Positions 25,829 through 40,069 of a stretch of DNA of 64,000 nt are shown piece by piece; positions within the stretch are counted from its first letter, which is position 1; each line of letters opens with the position of its first letter. This DNA comes from Felis catus. Its lineage: Eukaryota. The stretch spans positions 221,342,001 through 221,406,000 of the forward strand of contig NC_058368.1 of assembly GCF_018350175.1 (NCBI RefSeq), given 5' to 3'. The notes beneath the pieces were generated by a model, which saw only the letters and a program-made list of their open reading frames with translations, was not told the origin of the DNA and did no database searches. Made by a program: the position numbers and the translations under genes.

Positions 25829-27339
25829 AAAAATGAATAAATGTTAAAAATAAAATAAAATTTAATATATTTGATTGCCACCATTTAAAAAGAAACCAAT
25901 AGTCCATATAGTCTATGACCAATAGTCAGTATTCCAAGTCTAAAGTCTAAAACATAATTGTGCCAAAATTTTAGTCAATGAGTCTTATAATTTTAAGAAT
26001 GGTTCTAAATAGTAAAGTGGTAAGGCACTATGTGCTAAATCCATTTTAAATTAGATGAAAAGTTCAATGAAAATCAACTATAAAAAGTGTAATTTTTTTT
26101 TACAGTTTGTATTGTTAAAATTATGTTGGAAATATTCAGCTGGATTTTCTTTTACTCTTTTCATGTAAAGTTCCATGTCCTGATTCCAAAATGTACACTT
26201 TAGTTGAAAATATATGGCATATCCTTAGCACAATACATGGCATATTCTAATAACTAAAAAATTGCTCACTATTATTAATTGCTGTTATAGTAGGAATAAT
26301 GGAAATAATGCATATAATATGCATAATACATTACCTGGCATGAAAAATTCTCCATGGATATTAACTACTATTATCTATTCCTTGTTAAGGTCCTAAGTAT
26401 TTATAAGTATGTGGCTATAAATTCAAAAGAATTTATATATACTTTAAAAGTCCCAAGTTAATTCTTGATGAATATTTCTGATTATACTGATTTAGTGCTA
26501 TGACTTTATACAACATAAATCAAGAAAAAATAGAATGCCTCACCGAAATAGATTTCTATTTCCTCACATTATAAGTTCTTATTTTAAGTGGAAGGAATAC
26601 AAATGAGTAGGTGCAGTAAGGATGGGGAAACATTCAGCAACTCACTTTGGAGACATTTCTGGCACAAACGGAGGAGGTAAAAGATTAATTCTGTCAATGC
26701 AACTTCTTCAGGCAGTAAATGCAGAGAGAGATTGAGCACTAAGAGTCGTCATGGTTCAAATGGAAATGTAGAAGTGATAGCCCTGTCATGATAAGTTCAA
26801 TTAATGAAATTATGCACATAAAACATCCCGAACTGTAAGTGGTATTACTTAGCATCTCACCCGACTTGAGGAGGTCAGATGGCTGTTGTTTTCATTTACT
26901 GCTTGAGGTGTTCACATGATGTGACATGGTTGAAAATTCCTTGTAGTCTATAAAGAATCCTGGTAATAGGGACGTGAACTGTCAGTGGTGAAAAAATATG
27001 TCATTTCCTGGTGAAATTCAGAGGCTTTTACAATTTTTGGTAAGAAAAGTTTCCGTTAAGGCGAACATTTTCTCAGGGCCAGAAACTCAGAAGTTTACCT
27101 AGAATATACATCGTTCTTTACTACTTTGGAATCGGGAAGCACTCCCGAAATAGCAGAAAGCTCAAACTCTAAATGAAAAAGGAAAAAGCAAAAAGCAAGA
27201 TATGTATTACAAGAATGATATAAAATGAAAATTCAATGAAATTATAAATCCTTCAATGCAATAAAACACTATACACAAATTTAAGTCATCTGTGCATGGC
27301 TTCATTATGCATCTTTTCTCAAGTTTCACTTAGGTAATT

Positions 27340-27716
27340 ATTTTAATTTGCTAGAGCTTTCACAACAAAATGCCACAGGCAGTGTGGCTTAAACAACAGA
27401 AGTTCATTTTCTCACTCATCCGGAGGTAGAAAGTTCAACAGGAAGTGATAGCAGATTTTGTTTCTTCTGAGACCTCTGTCCTTGGCTTGTTGACCACATA
27501 CAGAGAAAAAACTGTATGAGGACACGGTATCCCCAGGCATGTCACATTTCCTCATTTTATAAAGACACCGTTCAGATTGGATTGAGGCCCACCATAAGGG
27601 CCTCATTTTAACTTAATTACCTCTTTATAAACACCCTATCTCCAAATACAGTTAGAAGTTAGAGCTTAGAGGTTACGGTATCAACATATGAATTTGGAAT
27701 GGGGTGTGCCATAACA
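27340..27716 (-). mobile_element. MaLR solo LTR (MLT1A-like)
   Basis: 'gtggcttaaacaacagaagttcattttctcac', 'cctcattttaacttaattacctcttt', 'tctccaaatacagt', 'tcaacatatgaatttgg...ccataaca'. Confidence 0.88.
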
Positions 27717-29699
27717 GTAATATAAGATGATTCTGGACATAAAGATATATTTTATTTAAAAGCTTAAGAAAAACACTGAAAAAAAAAAAGCCAACACTAA
27801 TAAGTAGGGCAATCGTCTGACAATAGTATCTCCAGTCCACTTAAATCCAAATAAAATTAACAAATTCAGTACCATAGTCCTACTGCTGGTACTACAATCA
27901 GGGGTGAGAAATACTTCGAAGTTTCCAGCTTGTCGCTGATGTCTTGGTAAGTGGAAGGTGCAGATTATTCCTCCAGACCATGTGTGGGTATTAGAACCGA
28001 ATATTCTAGTCCCTGGAACCTGCGAGTCCTCTGAAGTCACCATGGGCTGACTTTGATTTCTTTCTTCCTTTCTACCACCAGGGTATTTTTCCGTCTTTTG
28101 AACTTGGCTGTATGTTTAACATCTTACATGTTATATTTTATCCAGCATATTCAATGTGTTTTAGCAAGATATGGATTATATGTATTAACTTAGTTTTCCA
28201 TGTTGTCTTAAGTCTTGATTTCTCTTTCCTTTCTACTTTTTTTCCTCTTTCTTTTCTTTCTCTTGTGGGTTAGATAATATTATTTTGTTTATGTTTTATG
28301 GTCAACGTGAAGAGTATGGAGGGGCAAAACAGATGGCTTGTGTCATAATTTGCGCCTTTTGCTTTTCCAATTACTTTTAATATGTTATTCAATATACGGT
28401 TGCCTTTGAGTTAAACTATTAGTGGAGATCACAATCCAGTGATTGCGATCCAGTTAATTAAAAATATAGTGAGGGTTTTTTTTCTCAAACTGAAAATCTG
28501 GTTTTGAATCTAAAAGTAAATTTCTCTTATTAAAGAACAAGATGAAAAAATACTTGTTCTCAACACAAAGAGTAGGCTGTTTATACAGCAAAGAGAAAAT
28601 AAAGTTAAAATGAAAAGAAAATATTTTCAAAATGTTTGTTATCAGACATAAAATATACTTGAAGTCAATCTATAACATTCCTTTTAATTTTAGTAACTGG
28701 AATGGAAAGATATGAATGCAATGGAAAGATGTCTCCTTATGCTATCATTTTCCATCCTGAGAACGTCAAGTTGTTAATGAGTAGAGGGGATCCAGGAAAA
28801 GAGAAATAAAATATTTAAACAATGAGTAGAATTCCAGATTTCCAGCCTTTCCCACAGATGGCTTTAATTTAGAAGATACCCTTATGTAAATGGTGAGTCA
28901 GATGACAGAATAAAAAAGCTACTTTAAAACATATGAATATGTATGCAATTATCCATACTGAAATAAGTACAACCAATCACAATTTTATAATTTGAAGTAT
29001 CCTTCCAGGAAATGCTTGTGTCCTGATGATGGTGATTTGTTTTTTAAATGAAAATTAAAATTGGTCCAGAGCTTGTACTAGACATTTATGTGGTATGAAC
29101 TTCAGTGTTTTTGAACTATTTCCATTGTACATATTTGGTACCTTTTTACTTTTTATTTCATACAAAAATATAAATTATTCATCCAGAGATATGTAATTGA
29201 TCTCATAATATTCTGTAAGCAGAGTTTCATTTCAGATGAAAGATGGGGACGTTGTCTGGAATTTCTCATGTCGTCAGTGGACTGTCTGCCTTACTCCAAC
29301 CTAAGATCAAGGCATTTGATTCCATTTTTTTTTTTTTGGTGGCTAGTTTTACATTAGTTTGAATATGGAGTAAATTTGTCTGATATTGATAATATGAGAA
29401 GAAGTATAGATAACAGAAGTTAAAAACAATGTGCTTATTTGGGGCAGGTTCTGTGTATTTAGGGAGAAATCCCATGCAGAATGCAAACAACCAGGTGAAG
29501 TAGATTCAGTAACACATGAGTACAATTACTTTAAAGTGAGGGTTATAGTATAAAAAAGTGGATAAAAATAGTATAAAAAAGTAGATATATCTCTGGTATT
29601 CTGTGTATTCTGTGTTAGACATTTTGCAGCCTGGAAAAAACTGAATCAACAGTTACAAGTACGAATTTTGTGTTTTCCTAAAACACTGTTTTATTTTTA

Positions 29700-29850
29700 A
29701 CTAAGCAGTAATAATAATACCAATTAAATGAGAGATGAGCTGAGAACACGGAGACAAAGGGAGGTTTGCAAGTTCACCCAAGATCATAAAACATCTCTGT
29801 GGGAGAATGGGAGACCGAGGATTGAGTTTGGGCAGGATGCTTCGGTGTTG
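29700..29850 (-). mobile_element. MIR relic
   Basis: 'agatgagctgagaacacggagacaaagggaggtttgcaagttcacccaagatcata'. Confidence 0.55.
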
Positions 29851-29873
29851 ATGCTGTGAACCACTAATCAGCC

Positions 29874-30069
29874 TTTTTTTTTTTCTTTTTGAGAGAGAGA
29901 GAGAGAGAGAGAACAAGCAGGGCAGGGGTAGAGAGAGGGGGGCAGAAGATCCAAAGCAGGCTCTGCCCTGACAGCAGAGAGCCCAATGTGGGGCTCGAAC
30001 TCACTAACTGTGAGATGATGACCTGAACCGAAGTTGGAAGCTCAAGCAAATGAGCCACTCGGGCGCCCC
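29874..30069 (-). mobile_element. Can-SINE
   Basis: Ends 'gagccactcgggcgcccc'; degenerate TSD actaatcagcct / agtaaccagtct. Confidence 0.93.
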
Positions 30070-30775
30070 AGTAACCAGTCTTTCTAATACACCTGTATAT
30101 GCACCTGCTCACTCCCTCATAAAATGTATATAAAGAGCTCACATTTAAGGCAATGTACAGTGTGGTGCACAAGAAATACTCCATATTTATTTAAAACACT
30201 ATGGATATTATGTAAGAGGTGTTCAATAATTAAAAGCTGTCATTTTCAAAAAAATATTATTTTTAAAAGATGATATTTCCAATTGCCAAATAATACTACC
30301 ATGTCTTTTGCAGATAATAAAAGGTAAAGAATTATTAAAAGCAACACACTTACAGCTTGAATAATCAAAATTGGTTATTGCCTCTACTGTAACATTTTAT
30401 GAGAAACAATAGGTTTTTTTTTCTAAAAGTAAAATCAGGAGTATATGCTGTTTTATCCTCTTCAATTCAGACACACTATGTCTGCTTATATATTTTATAG
30501 TTTGAACTAAACTTATAAAAGTTCTCCACCTATGCAGATGATATTTATGTTCTCTTTAGAGTTGAGCATTCTCTTTTTTTTCCCCCTTGGTCTACTAACC
30601 AGAGTTAAAACTACGCTCTATTTCATGCAATTCTAGCAAACAGTATATTGCACACTGTTCCTCAGCAAAAGCTTATCTTCTAAAATATAATGTACCCTAT
30701 TTGTCCAAGATGGTATGTGTGAACTCATAAATACACAGATCTGCATGTATGTTTGCATGTATGTGTATGTTTGTG

Positions 30776-30778
<3 letters not shown>

Positions 30779-30817
<39 letters not shown>
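30779..30817. repeat. (GA)n microsatellite
   Basis: About 19 units, preceded by degenerate (TGTA). Confidence 0.95.
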
Positions 30818-30820
<3 letters not shown>

Positions 30821-31335
30821 ATGTGAGGTGGGGAAGGAGAACAAGAGGGAGAAGAAAGAGATTGCTTTGAAATCTCTATTCAAAGCCATCACTGGATTCA
30901 TTCTGAATGACATTAATGGATTTAAGACAATGTTTATGCTTCTAATAGACTTCCCCTCAAGTCGCCTTGCACACTCCATATTTCCTACCTACAACATATA
31001 TGTTAATCATTCCCAAGGAATGCCTGGGGATTGTTTCACTTTCTTAGATGCTCCTAGAAAGCACCAGCATGATCTCACCTAAGCACAATGGTTATATGTA
31101 ATGGTTGGGAAACTTAAAATTTTAAGAAACAGGAAATGCAACTTAAATGGAAACAATTTTTTTTCCCACATGTGAAGGACCATGGTACCTACCTCCAGGC
31201 TCCAACTCTATTTTCTGTGTTTCTCTTGGTTGTATCCTCCATCATATTTTGATATCTGCTAATAGGACCTGGCACATCCAGAGAATAAAAAAGTCTCCCT
31301 TGCCTTCCTTTTTTAAAGTGCTAGGGAACCTTATA

Positions 31336-31449
31336 CAAAACAAAACAAAACAAAACAAAACAAAACAAAACAAAACAAAACAAAACAAAAAAACAAAAAC
31401 ACACACACACAAAACAAAAAACAAAACAAACAAACAAACACACAAAAAA
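31336..31449. repeat. (CAAAA)n compound microsatellite
   Basis: About 10 perfect units followed by a degenerate C/A tract. Confidence 0.95.
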
Positions 31450-32759
31450 CGACATCTGTTTGTCTGCCATTCATTGGTTAGAACTGTAAATAGGGACCAC
31501 TAGGATTGGTCATTGCCAATCAGATTTTTCCTCTGGAGCTGGCTATAGTATATTCTACCCTGAATCAGTTGATGGTCTTCCAGAAGGCCCATACCTTTTG
31601 AATATAATGAGGTCCCTTAGGAAAAAAAAATGGGGATGACTATTTGGCAGGCAGCGTGAAGTCTCTGAAATGAGATATTATTCAGTGCTATTATTAAGGG
31701 GTTTTTAATAAGTTTGTCTGCATTAGTCTGGGGGGAAAAAGCAGCCCAATTTAGTAATCATATAGATCAAATAACCAATGCATTAATTTTTCAATTTTCA
31801 CCTGGTCATGTTGGATTCCGGAAGTCATGACCTATTGGCCAACACTCACAGTAGATTTTGAAGTACTGAGGAACTAAAATAGATTACTTATAAGCAATCA
31901 ATATAATGAAATTATTCAGCTAGTTTTTCCAAGCATAATACAGGTTCCTCTTTTCTTCCTTTCTCTACAAACACAAATACAATAGGCATGCATTGGTAGT
32001 GATAAGATAAACCACAAAACAAAGCAGCTTTGGAGCCACGGGAGATGGTGCTAGGAAGGAAGTTAAATTGACTAAAATTTCCCAACGACAAGTATTCCAT
32101 TCTTGTTGAGAAATTGCGGAAATGTATATAACTGGTGACAATTTTTAAAAATTTTATAGCTTGGAAAGGAAAGTGCATAAAAATAATATATATGATTTAC
32201 TCTGCATATGTCTCAGACAGTCTAAAATATGATTCAAAGAAATCCAAATTAAGTTTGACAAAAGAAAAAATGCAGTGGCTCTTTCAGATAATGGAATCCT
32301 TTCTTTTTTTTTCCCCAGAGTCAATGGAAATGTAGTGAGTTGAAACAATTCAGTATGTAAAAGAAGCTTTTACTTTTATCTATGTTGCATATAAGTACTT
32401 TTCTATTAGAAATATCCACTGATCAGTAGAACACATGAAATATACTATACGCACAGATTAAACTGCTCTCCGTAATCCAAATGTTCATTCATTTCTAAAA
32501 TAAAATGGATGTATACTTTAAAACTCCAGAGAAAATATGAATTACTAGGATTTTTGCATATTTCTCCACTCATAAAATAGTGGCATGCAAGAAAAGGTAG
32601 TGGGCTCGTGCATGTTGAAGTGAATTTAATTCTAGTGTAAAATGTTTGACAGTCTTTCCAGTATCCTGTCGTGTCTAGTGGAGTCTATGAAATCTTCCCA
32701 GAATAATACTGTCTCCCAGACAAAAGCAATAGGCTACCCAAATCAACACTAGCCGTATT

Positions 32760-32945
32760 ATCATATGAAACTGTTCCTGATATATTGTGTTAGGTATTTT
32801 AACTTGTCTCTCCCCGCTGTGAGATGAGCTCCTTGGTAGCACAAGCTATTTATTATTTATCATTATTTTCATAGCATACATAACACAAGATTGGGCACGT
32901 GCGTTGAGTCTATGAAATAACTATTTGTGGAAGACACAAAGGAAG
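32760..32945 (+). mobile_element. L2 3' end relic
   Basis: 'cttgtctctccccgctgtgagatgagctccttggtagcac...aacacaagattgggcacgt...aactatttgtggaa'. Confidence 0.55.
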
Positions 32946-33982
32946 AAAGGAAGAAGGCACTAATTCAATTAAGAATGATTCATTTTTGTAACCAATATAA
33001 ATATAAATATATAAAATAATAATATATAAATATATTTATATATATGTATATATATAAATATAAAATAATCTTAGAAAGAAACAGTCCATTTCAAGTATTT
33101 TCTCCAGCGGTTGTAAAGCCTCAAATAACTGTTCATTTTGAAAGGAAAATAAAGCTGGATCACATTTGAGAAATACTAATTCCCCATGTATATTTAAGGC
33201 CAGCTACTGAAAGTATTTTGCAGATAATTAGCTGTTTACAATTGCATTAATTCTAAAAAAGATGTCTATGGATTATAGTGAATTTTATAGTTAACAATTG
33301 ATGCAGCTGAAAATTAGCAGGCAAGTGACTCAATTTTTAGATAATAGCTATTCTTGCTTTGAAATTTTCAATAATTCCCAACAATGTCCCAATTGCTTAC
33401 AAACTCCATAGTTTGGCAGTCTCACTGAACTGCACGTTCCTCTACCAACACAACGTGCCAACCATGAGGCTTTGTCCATGCAAATTCCCTGCCCTGGGGT
33501 AACCTCATATCTCAGGCAACCCCAGGGAATCTCAAAAATCTCAGTCTGGCGTAAAGCCCGCCGCATGCCCACACCTGCCCTCAGTGATCTCTGCTGAATG
33601 CTCATCCACCAGGCACTACAGGATCTAGGGCCTGACAGCTTTGCGAGGGGCAACAAAATATTTAAGCCCTGGAAGAAAACCCAGATGAAACTGCAAACTT
33701 GAGATGAATGTTTAGTTACAAGTGGAGAAAGCATAGATAGCATAATGTCAGTTAGGTAGCACATGCATTGTATTTAATGGGAGATGTAGTAATATATTAA
33801 CATGTTTGATCTATCACTGACTTAGCCTGTAAAATGAAGTCAGCCCAATGACTAAGGTGATTTTTGTGTGCCTGGCTTGTAAGCTTCTCAATTTTTAGTT
33901 GGCATTAATTGTGTCTGTATATACTTTATACATCTTTATATTGTTTTATACATGTTTATATCTTACCTTCTACACTATCATA

Positions 33983-34188
33983 ATTTTTTTGTAATGTTCC
34001 TTTGTTTTTGAGAGAGGGAGAAGGAGAGCCTGTGCAGGGGAAGGGCAGAGTGGGGAGTATACAGAGGATCTGAAGTGGGCTCAGCATTGACAGCAGAGAG
34101 CCAGAGGTGGGGCTTGAACTCATACACCGTGAGATCATGACCCGAGCCGAAGTCAGATGCTTAATGGACTGAGCCACCCAGGCACCCC
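33983..34188 (-). mobile_element. Can-SINE
   Basis: Perfect 17-bp TSD ttaccttctacactatc at 33963-33979 and 34190-34206. Confidence 0.96.
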
Positions 34189-35689
34189 ATTACCTTCTAC
34201 ACTATCTTTGAACTCCTTGAAGATAGGAAATACTTTGTGTGAGTAGGGGCTCTTATCCAGTTAGGTTGAGGCTATTGTCCAGACACCAGTTGAGTTAGTT
34301 TCTATTTTAGCACATATTTTCCCAACTTGTATTAGATAGGTTGCTTTCATATCAGTCTTTTTCAATTGATTGAGGGTTCCTAGAAAAAAGAAAATATTTT
34401 CTATCTAAACTAGTGTCCTTTTTCAATGAATTAATTCTTTGTCAAAATAATACAGCCGGATAAAAGTGCTCTATCAGTTCTATTCTGAAGTAGGAAAACT
34501 AAATGTCAGTGAAAAGAATTTTGCTCTTTAAAGAGAAGGTTGAAATGTAATTATAACAAGGCCAGTAGTTAAGTATTTCAGAAGTTGAGGAAATCATAAC
34601 TAGATTGTTAAAATGTAACAAAATTGCATCTGAACTGATTTTGTCAGATTTTCCAGAGATCCTGATTTCTAAATTAACTGACAAGGAGAGAAGTGTTTGT
34701 GTTAGAATCAGTCAGTATAATTCCTGGTTTAAAAAGTAACCTGCGTTTTTTCCTATTTTCAATTTTCTTTTCCTCATATATTTCTCCTAAGCACTCTAAA
34801 CTTCTGCTGATTGATGTTATACATAATGGTACCCCACTGATATTTTGTATATTACGTTTTGTCAGAGACCGATTCATAATACCTCCACTGTCCTCTGCCC
34901 AGAATTCGTGTCTGATTTAATTTGTTGTCCTTGAAGTTTGGTGGCTAGTTTCTCTAGTAGCTAAGAAAACTTCAGGCTAACAGAAACTATTCAGAGAAAA
35001 GTTATTGTGAAAAGATTGCTCTCAGCTCCCAAACTAGGGTCATTTACAGTAGCATGACCTTGACAAATGTCTATAAGTCAAAGAATGCCTTGCCATAAAC
35101 AATTTGGGGTGACAGGCTTATAACATATTGCAGACACAGATTGGATTCCCAAAAGGGCCCACACCGGCACACATTTCTTGCCTCACACAGGCAATTCCAG
35201 GACAGAGTTAAGGAAGAAGAAATTTCTTTGTGATATCAAGAAAGCAAAATCTCGTATTGCAACCAAGTAAGAGAAAGATCATCTTATAGTCAACTTACTA
35301 TCACATTTTAGGTCAAAACCCACTACCATATACCTCAGAAGGCATTCACTGATGACATTATTATATAATAAGTGATGATTTTCTTGGTTAATTTCTGGAA
35401 AAAAAAGTCCTGGACTTTGAGAGCTAAGCATGAAATAGAATTGGATCTAATCATTTTGTAATGAATCAAGACCTCAAATGCCTACTCTCACTTCACTGAA
35501 CTGACTGGATATAGAGTGAGAGATAATTAGCTCATGTGCCCTTTTTACGCTGTGTGCTGTCTTCACCATCCAGGTACTTCTATCCTGGGCAGGCCCTCAT
35601 TGTCTGAATATCATATAAGTCACACACTACTATTTGGGGGCTGTTAACTTTCAGGGGCTCTGACTCTCTCTCAAAATAATATTTTTAAA

Positions 35690-36080
35690 TTTATCAAATT
35701 AAATACTTTGGATTTTTAAAAACAGATCTGTCTAAAGTAAATATATCAGTATCTAAAACGTGTGACATAGCAGTATATGCATGACATTACTAATATATTG
35801 TTATAAAACATGACCTAGTGGTGTGCCTAATAATTACTACAAGTGACTGTAAACAGTATTTTGAGATATTGGCAATAGCAGTAGGTGAAATGAAATAAAT
35901 AACTGGGATTATTTTAATATTAAAGCCACAGGCATTAACACTGCTGTTATAGTTTGTTGCCTAAATATTTAATTGAAGGAAGCACTACATTTCATTTGGA
36001 GATTGGTGAGAATAAAGATGTGTTTCCGCCCAACTTCATGAACCCCCAGTTGTGATCTATAGACTCATGGAGTGGGTCTA
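35690..36080. mobile_element. hAT-Charlie (Charlie4-like) DNA transposon relic
   Basis: 'ttgttgcctaaat...ttgaaggaagcactacatttcatttggagattggtgagaataaagatgt...cttcatgaacccc' recalls the Charlie4 terminal region. Confidence 0.45.
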
Positions 36081-36929
36081 GATTCTGATGTAGATTCTCA
36101 TCTAGAAACAATTTTTGTCCCCAGTGCAGCCATTCACCATTTGAGATTTGAGCTATGATTATGTTCCCAGTAAGTTGAGTGGGGTGTGATTCATTTTCAA
36201 GCTATTCAAATGTTTGAAACTATTGGCAGGCGTAGATTCGTGATCTAGCTCTCATGATCATTCCCAATCATTTCTCCTAACGATGGCCTCTGACAAATAC
36301 CTCACACCTTAGTTCATAAAATTTAAGCTAAATTGAATTTCTAAAATTTTCATGTCTATATTGAACATTTTTATACCACTATACTCAAATTTTCTATTTA
36401 TGATTATAATTTTGCTGTCACTAAATCTAGTAAATTTTATTATAAATGCAAGTTAATTTACTAAAGATTATGGAATTAATAAGAGTATGGAGATCAGTTA
36501 TCAGCAAAGTGAGGAAATAAATTTATTTAAATGTTTAAAAAATGTTTAACTTCACAAATGATCAAAATATGAATGAGACCTCACTTTATAACCATTTGAT
36601 TAGAAATGCATGTTCGTGCATGTACATACTTAACACACATACCTAATTTTATATTAACAGGGATTTAGATTAATAGTTACGTTGAGTAAATAGAGTACAA
36701 TCAAACTACATGTAAAATAAGTTTACACATTTTGTTTTAGAAATACCAGTTCTATTCCATCAGTTCTGAGAAAATAATAGGAAACCAGTATACATATATG
36801 TGAATATGTTCAAAGCAATGTGTTTTCTTAAAAGGAATGACAGGAAACAACCATTCTTTCTAATAGCAGGGAAATAAGTTTAAAAAAAAAGCACTAGTTA
36901 ATGGCATATTAAAATGAGAAATATCTAAC

Positions 36930-37158
36930 AGAGTGGTGAAGAACACAGTATATAGATCTGTTGCCTGGCTTTGAATTCTAGGTTTACTATCTCATAATCA
37001 TGAGACCTTGAGACAATTACTTAAACTTGCTAACTCAAAGTTTCCTCTTGTGTATAAAGCAGAGTTAATAATAATACTTAACTTGAAAGTTGCTGTGACG
37101 ATGAAGTAAAGATACATTAAGCACATAGTAAGAGCTCTGTAAGTTCTAGCCATTATTA
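36930..37158 (+). mobile_element. MIR
   Basis: 'gtggtgaagaacacag...ttgcctggctttgaattct...gaccttgagacaattacttaaac...agtttcctcttgtgtataa'. Confidence 0.8.
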
Positions 37159-38437
37159 CGATTACGATTTTTTGTCATTATTATGGCTATGTAAACACTA
37201 TAAAATTTTAAAATAAGAATGTAATACGATCAAAATAAAAAATGGTATTATTACATCTCTGATAAGAGCATGGATGCATATATTTCCAAAAGGAATGGAA
37301 TTTAAAAAAAACACTGATGTTAATAGGGTGATGAGATTTTGTTTGACTTTTAGTATTGATTATGGCTCCTGACTTGTATTTAATAATAAACTCCTGATTT
37401 CAGATTCTTTAATTATAATAGCTTCTCTTGAATTTTCCAGAATGGCAATACTCTTGTTGCAATGGACTTCTTTTTCTTTTTTTTAATTTTCTCCCACTCT
37501 TTATTTATTTCCTGTCTTTGGTTTATTTTTATTTTTTCTGATGTCACTTTACACACAAATAAACATTATGCAGTTGGAAATAGTTGCCTATGGACTCTAT
37601 AAATGATTTTAGTAGGAGATATCTTGAGATAGAACAGCCAATTTTTTTCTTTCCCAAAGCCTGAATTCCTGGATCCAGGATCCCAATGCCTTCTATTTGA
37701 CCATGTCTTTGATTTTGGATGGATATCTAAGAAAACACAACATTGATATAAAACTATGCAATTAAATTATATAAATTGCTATTTGTTGGTAATTTCAAAA
37801 TTATGTAGAATGAGAAAAACGTTTGTGGAGCTTTTACTCTATTTTTCAAATGGGTTTGAAAGGTTGTTGATGTGAAAGTTTCTTTCTCTAAATAGAGCCT
37901 TACCATATTTTACATAGTTGTATATGTAAAATACTGAGAGATTGGGTTGTTGTTTGAGGGTAAGCCACCTGCCGTGGAGACTATTTATTTTATGACCACA
38001 TATGTTAGTGTTGGTTGCTTGGAGGAAAGCCATCATTTTTTACCTTCCTCTCTCCTAGAACTATTCTTTCAACACCTGTGTGGGACACATGCAAATTTAA
38101 CAACGATCACTAAACAACCTGAAAATAAGCATCAGCCAAATGGTTATTATTATTTTGGAGGGGTGCGTTTCTTCAGTGTTTGATTTATGTTTGTACCATT
38201 CAGAGTATTGACTGCACTAATTTGCTTGACAATTGAAAAATAAATTTGCCTCAGGCAATGACCTTATATGCCAAGATGAGACCAGTGTGAATTTTTACAG
38301 TTGAGTTATAAACCTCTGAGTAGTTTTTATTACGAAAATGCTGACACTACCTTAACTGTGCAGTGTGCATGATCTGGCTACAATTTTGTTAAGGAACAAA
38401 AACAGGCCAAATAGCTATTAAGAATGAGTAGACCTGC

Positions 38438-38652
38438 GGGGCGCCTGGGTGGCTCAGTCGGTTAAGCGGCCGACTTCAGCTCAGGGCATGATCTCGCAGT
38501 CCGTGAGTTCGAGCCCCGCATCAGGCTCTGTGCTGACAGCTCGGAGCCTGGGCCTGTTTCAGATACTGCGTCTCCTTCTCTCTAACCCTCTCCCATTCAT
38601 GCTTTGTTTCTGTCTCAAAAATGAATAAACGTTAAAAAAAAATTAAAAAAAA
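38438..38652 (+). mobile_element. Can-SINE (fairly young)
   Basis: TSD aagaatgagtaga(c/t)ct at 38420-38435 and 38653-38668. Confidence 0.97.
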
Positions 38653-38918
38653 AAGAATGAGTAGATCTTGAAAGTAAAATGACAAAGGTGGGGGGGATCA
38701 GCTGGGAAAAAAAAGAATAACAGGAAATCAATTAATTAATAAGAAAAATGAGATAACTCAGAGGATAAATAACCAATCTTTTTGATACTTACTTTTAAGC
38801 CAAATGATACATACAAACTATACTCTTGAACTTTTGTGAAGAAGTTATATGCGGTATTTTGTATGAGGTCCATTGAGAGATGGTCATCTTAGAGTTTGTG
38901 ATAAAAAATGAATGTTCT

Positions 38919-39096
38919 GGGGGCATCTGGGTGGCTCAGTCACTTGAGCCTTGGACTTTGGCTCAGGTCATGATCTCGGGATTTGTGAGTTCGAGCCCCA
39001 CATCGGGCTCGCTGCCGTCACCCTGTCAGCGCAGAGCCCGCTTTGGATCCTCTGTCCGTGTCTCTCTGCCCATACCACAAGTGCGCTCTCCCCAAA

Positions 39097-39144
<48 letters not shown>
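38919..39144 (+). mobile_element. Can-SINE with a (TA)n tail
   Basis: SINE head; tail converted to about (TA)22; TSD atgaatgtt. Confidence 0.92.
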
Positions 39145-39149
<5 letters not shown>

Positions 39150-39244
39150 TGTTGTGTAGTATGTGATACATCTGATGGTTTCAGTTTTGTGTTGAAGTGC
39201 TAAGGTTTTAGCAATTGTGTGATAAGGTGGATATGCCCCTTCCT

Positions 39245-39428
39245 GGGGTGCCTGGGAGGCTGAATCAGTGAAGTGTCTGACTCTAGATTTCGGTCCAGGT
39301 CATGATTTCACACTTTGTGGGATTGAGCCCCACGTGGTGCCCTGTGTACTGACAGGGCAGTCTGCATGGGATTCCTCTGGCTCTCTGGCTCTCCCCAACA
39401 AAATAATTAAACTTAAAAAAATAATAAT
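39245..39428 (+). mobile_element. Older Can-SINE
   Basis: 'ggggtgcctgggaggctgaatcagtgaagtgtctgactctagatttcgg'. Confidence 0.88.
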
Positions 39429-40069
39429 ACCCCTTGCTCTATAGGTATACAGTTTTACTTAACTAGAATACATGTGTAAAATTTTTTGTGTGGTGTATAG
39501 ATTTAATTGTGTATGTAACTGTGATAATTTCCGAACCAAAATTAGACTCTCAGTTTTTGTCGTGCTATAACTACAAGAGAAGTAAGCTAGGTATCTACTT
39601 TAAAATTAAGTTCTATAGTCAGAGTTATTATCTCTCTCAAAAAATGTCCCCACTTGATAAAGATAAAATTTGTTTTTTTCCCTGCATGATACAGGATATG
39701 TCATAATCCTAAGGCTTAGTCATTTCACATTAGTCACTTCAATGTCTTTCTCAGTATATATTTGTATCCCTATTGTCTAATGAATCCTTATAGTGTATTT
39801 TCTTTTTCTTTACTCCCTTAACTCTGGCATTTGCACATTTCTAGCGAAAGTTACTTTTTTAAATCTTGGGTTGCTTAATCAATACATTTTATAATTCTTC
39901 ATTGCCTTCCCATTTGCAAACCATAATTGGAGACCAAGTAGATCTGAATAAATACTAGGCAAATACATACACTTCTGTGTTTATATGTCTGTTAGGACTT
40001 GATTTTACACCCAAGGATATATTTTTCATCATATCTGAAAGTGAAAGGGTTGTTTTCAAAAATTAGTCA

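Noticed and set aside
33348..33764. 138-aa minus-strand ORF
   Set aside because: No recognisable domain or splice structure; it partly resembles a decayed hAT (ORSL-like) relic, but too weakly to call.
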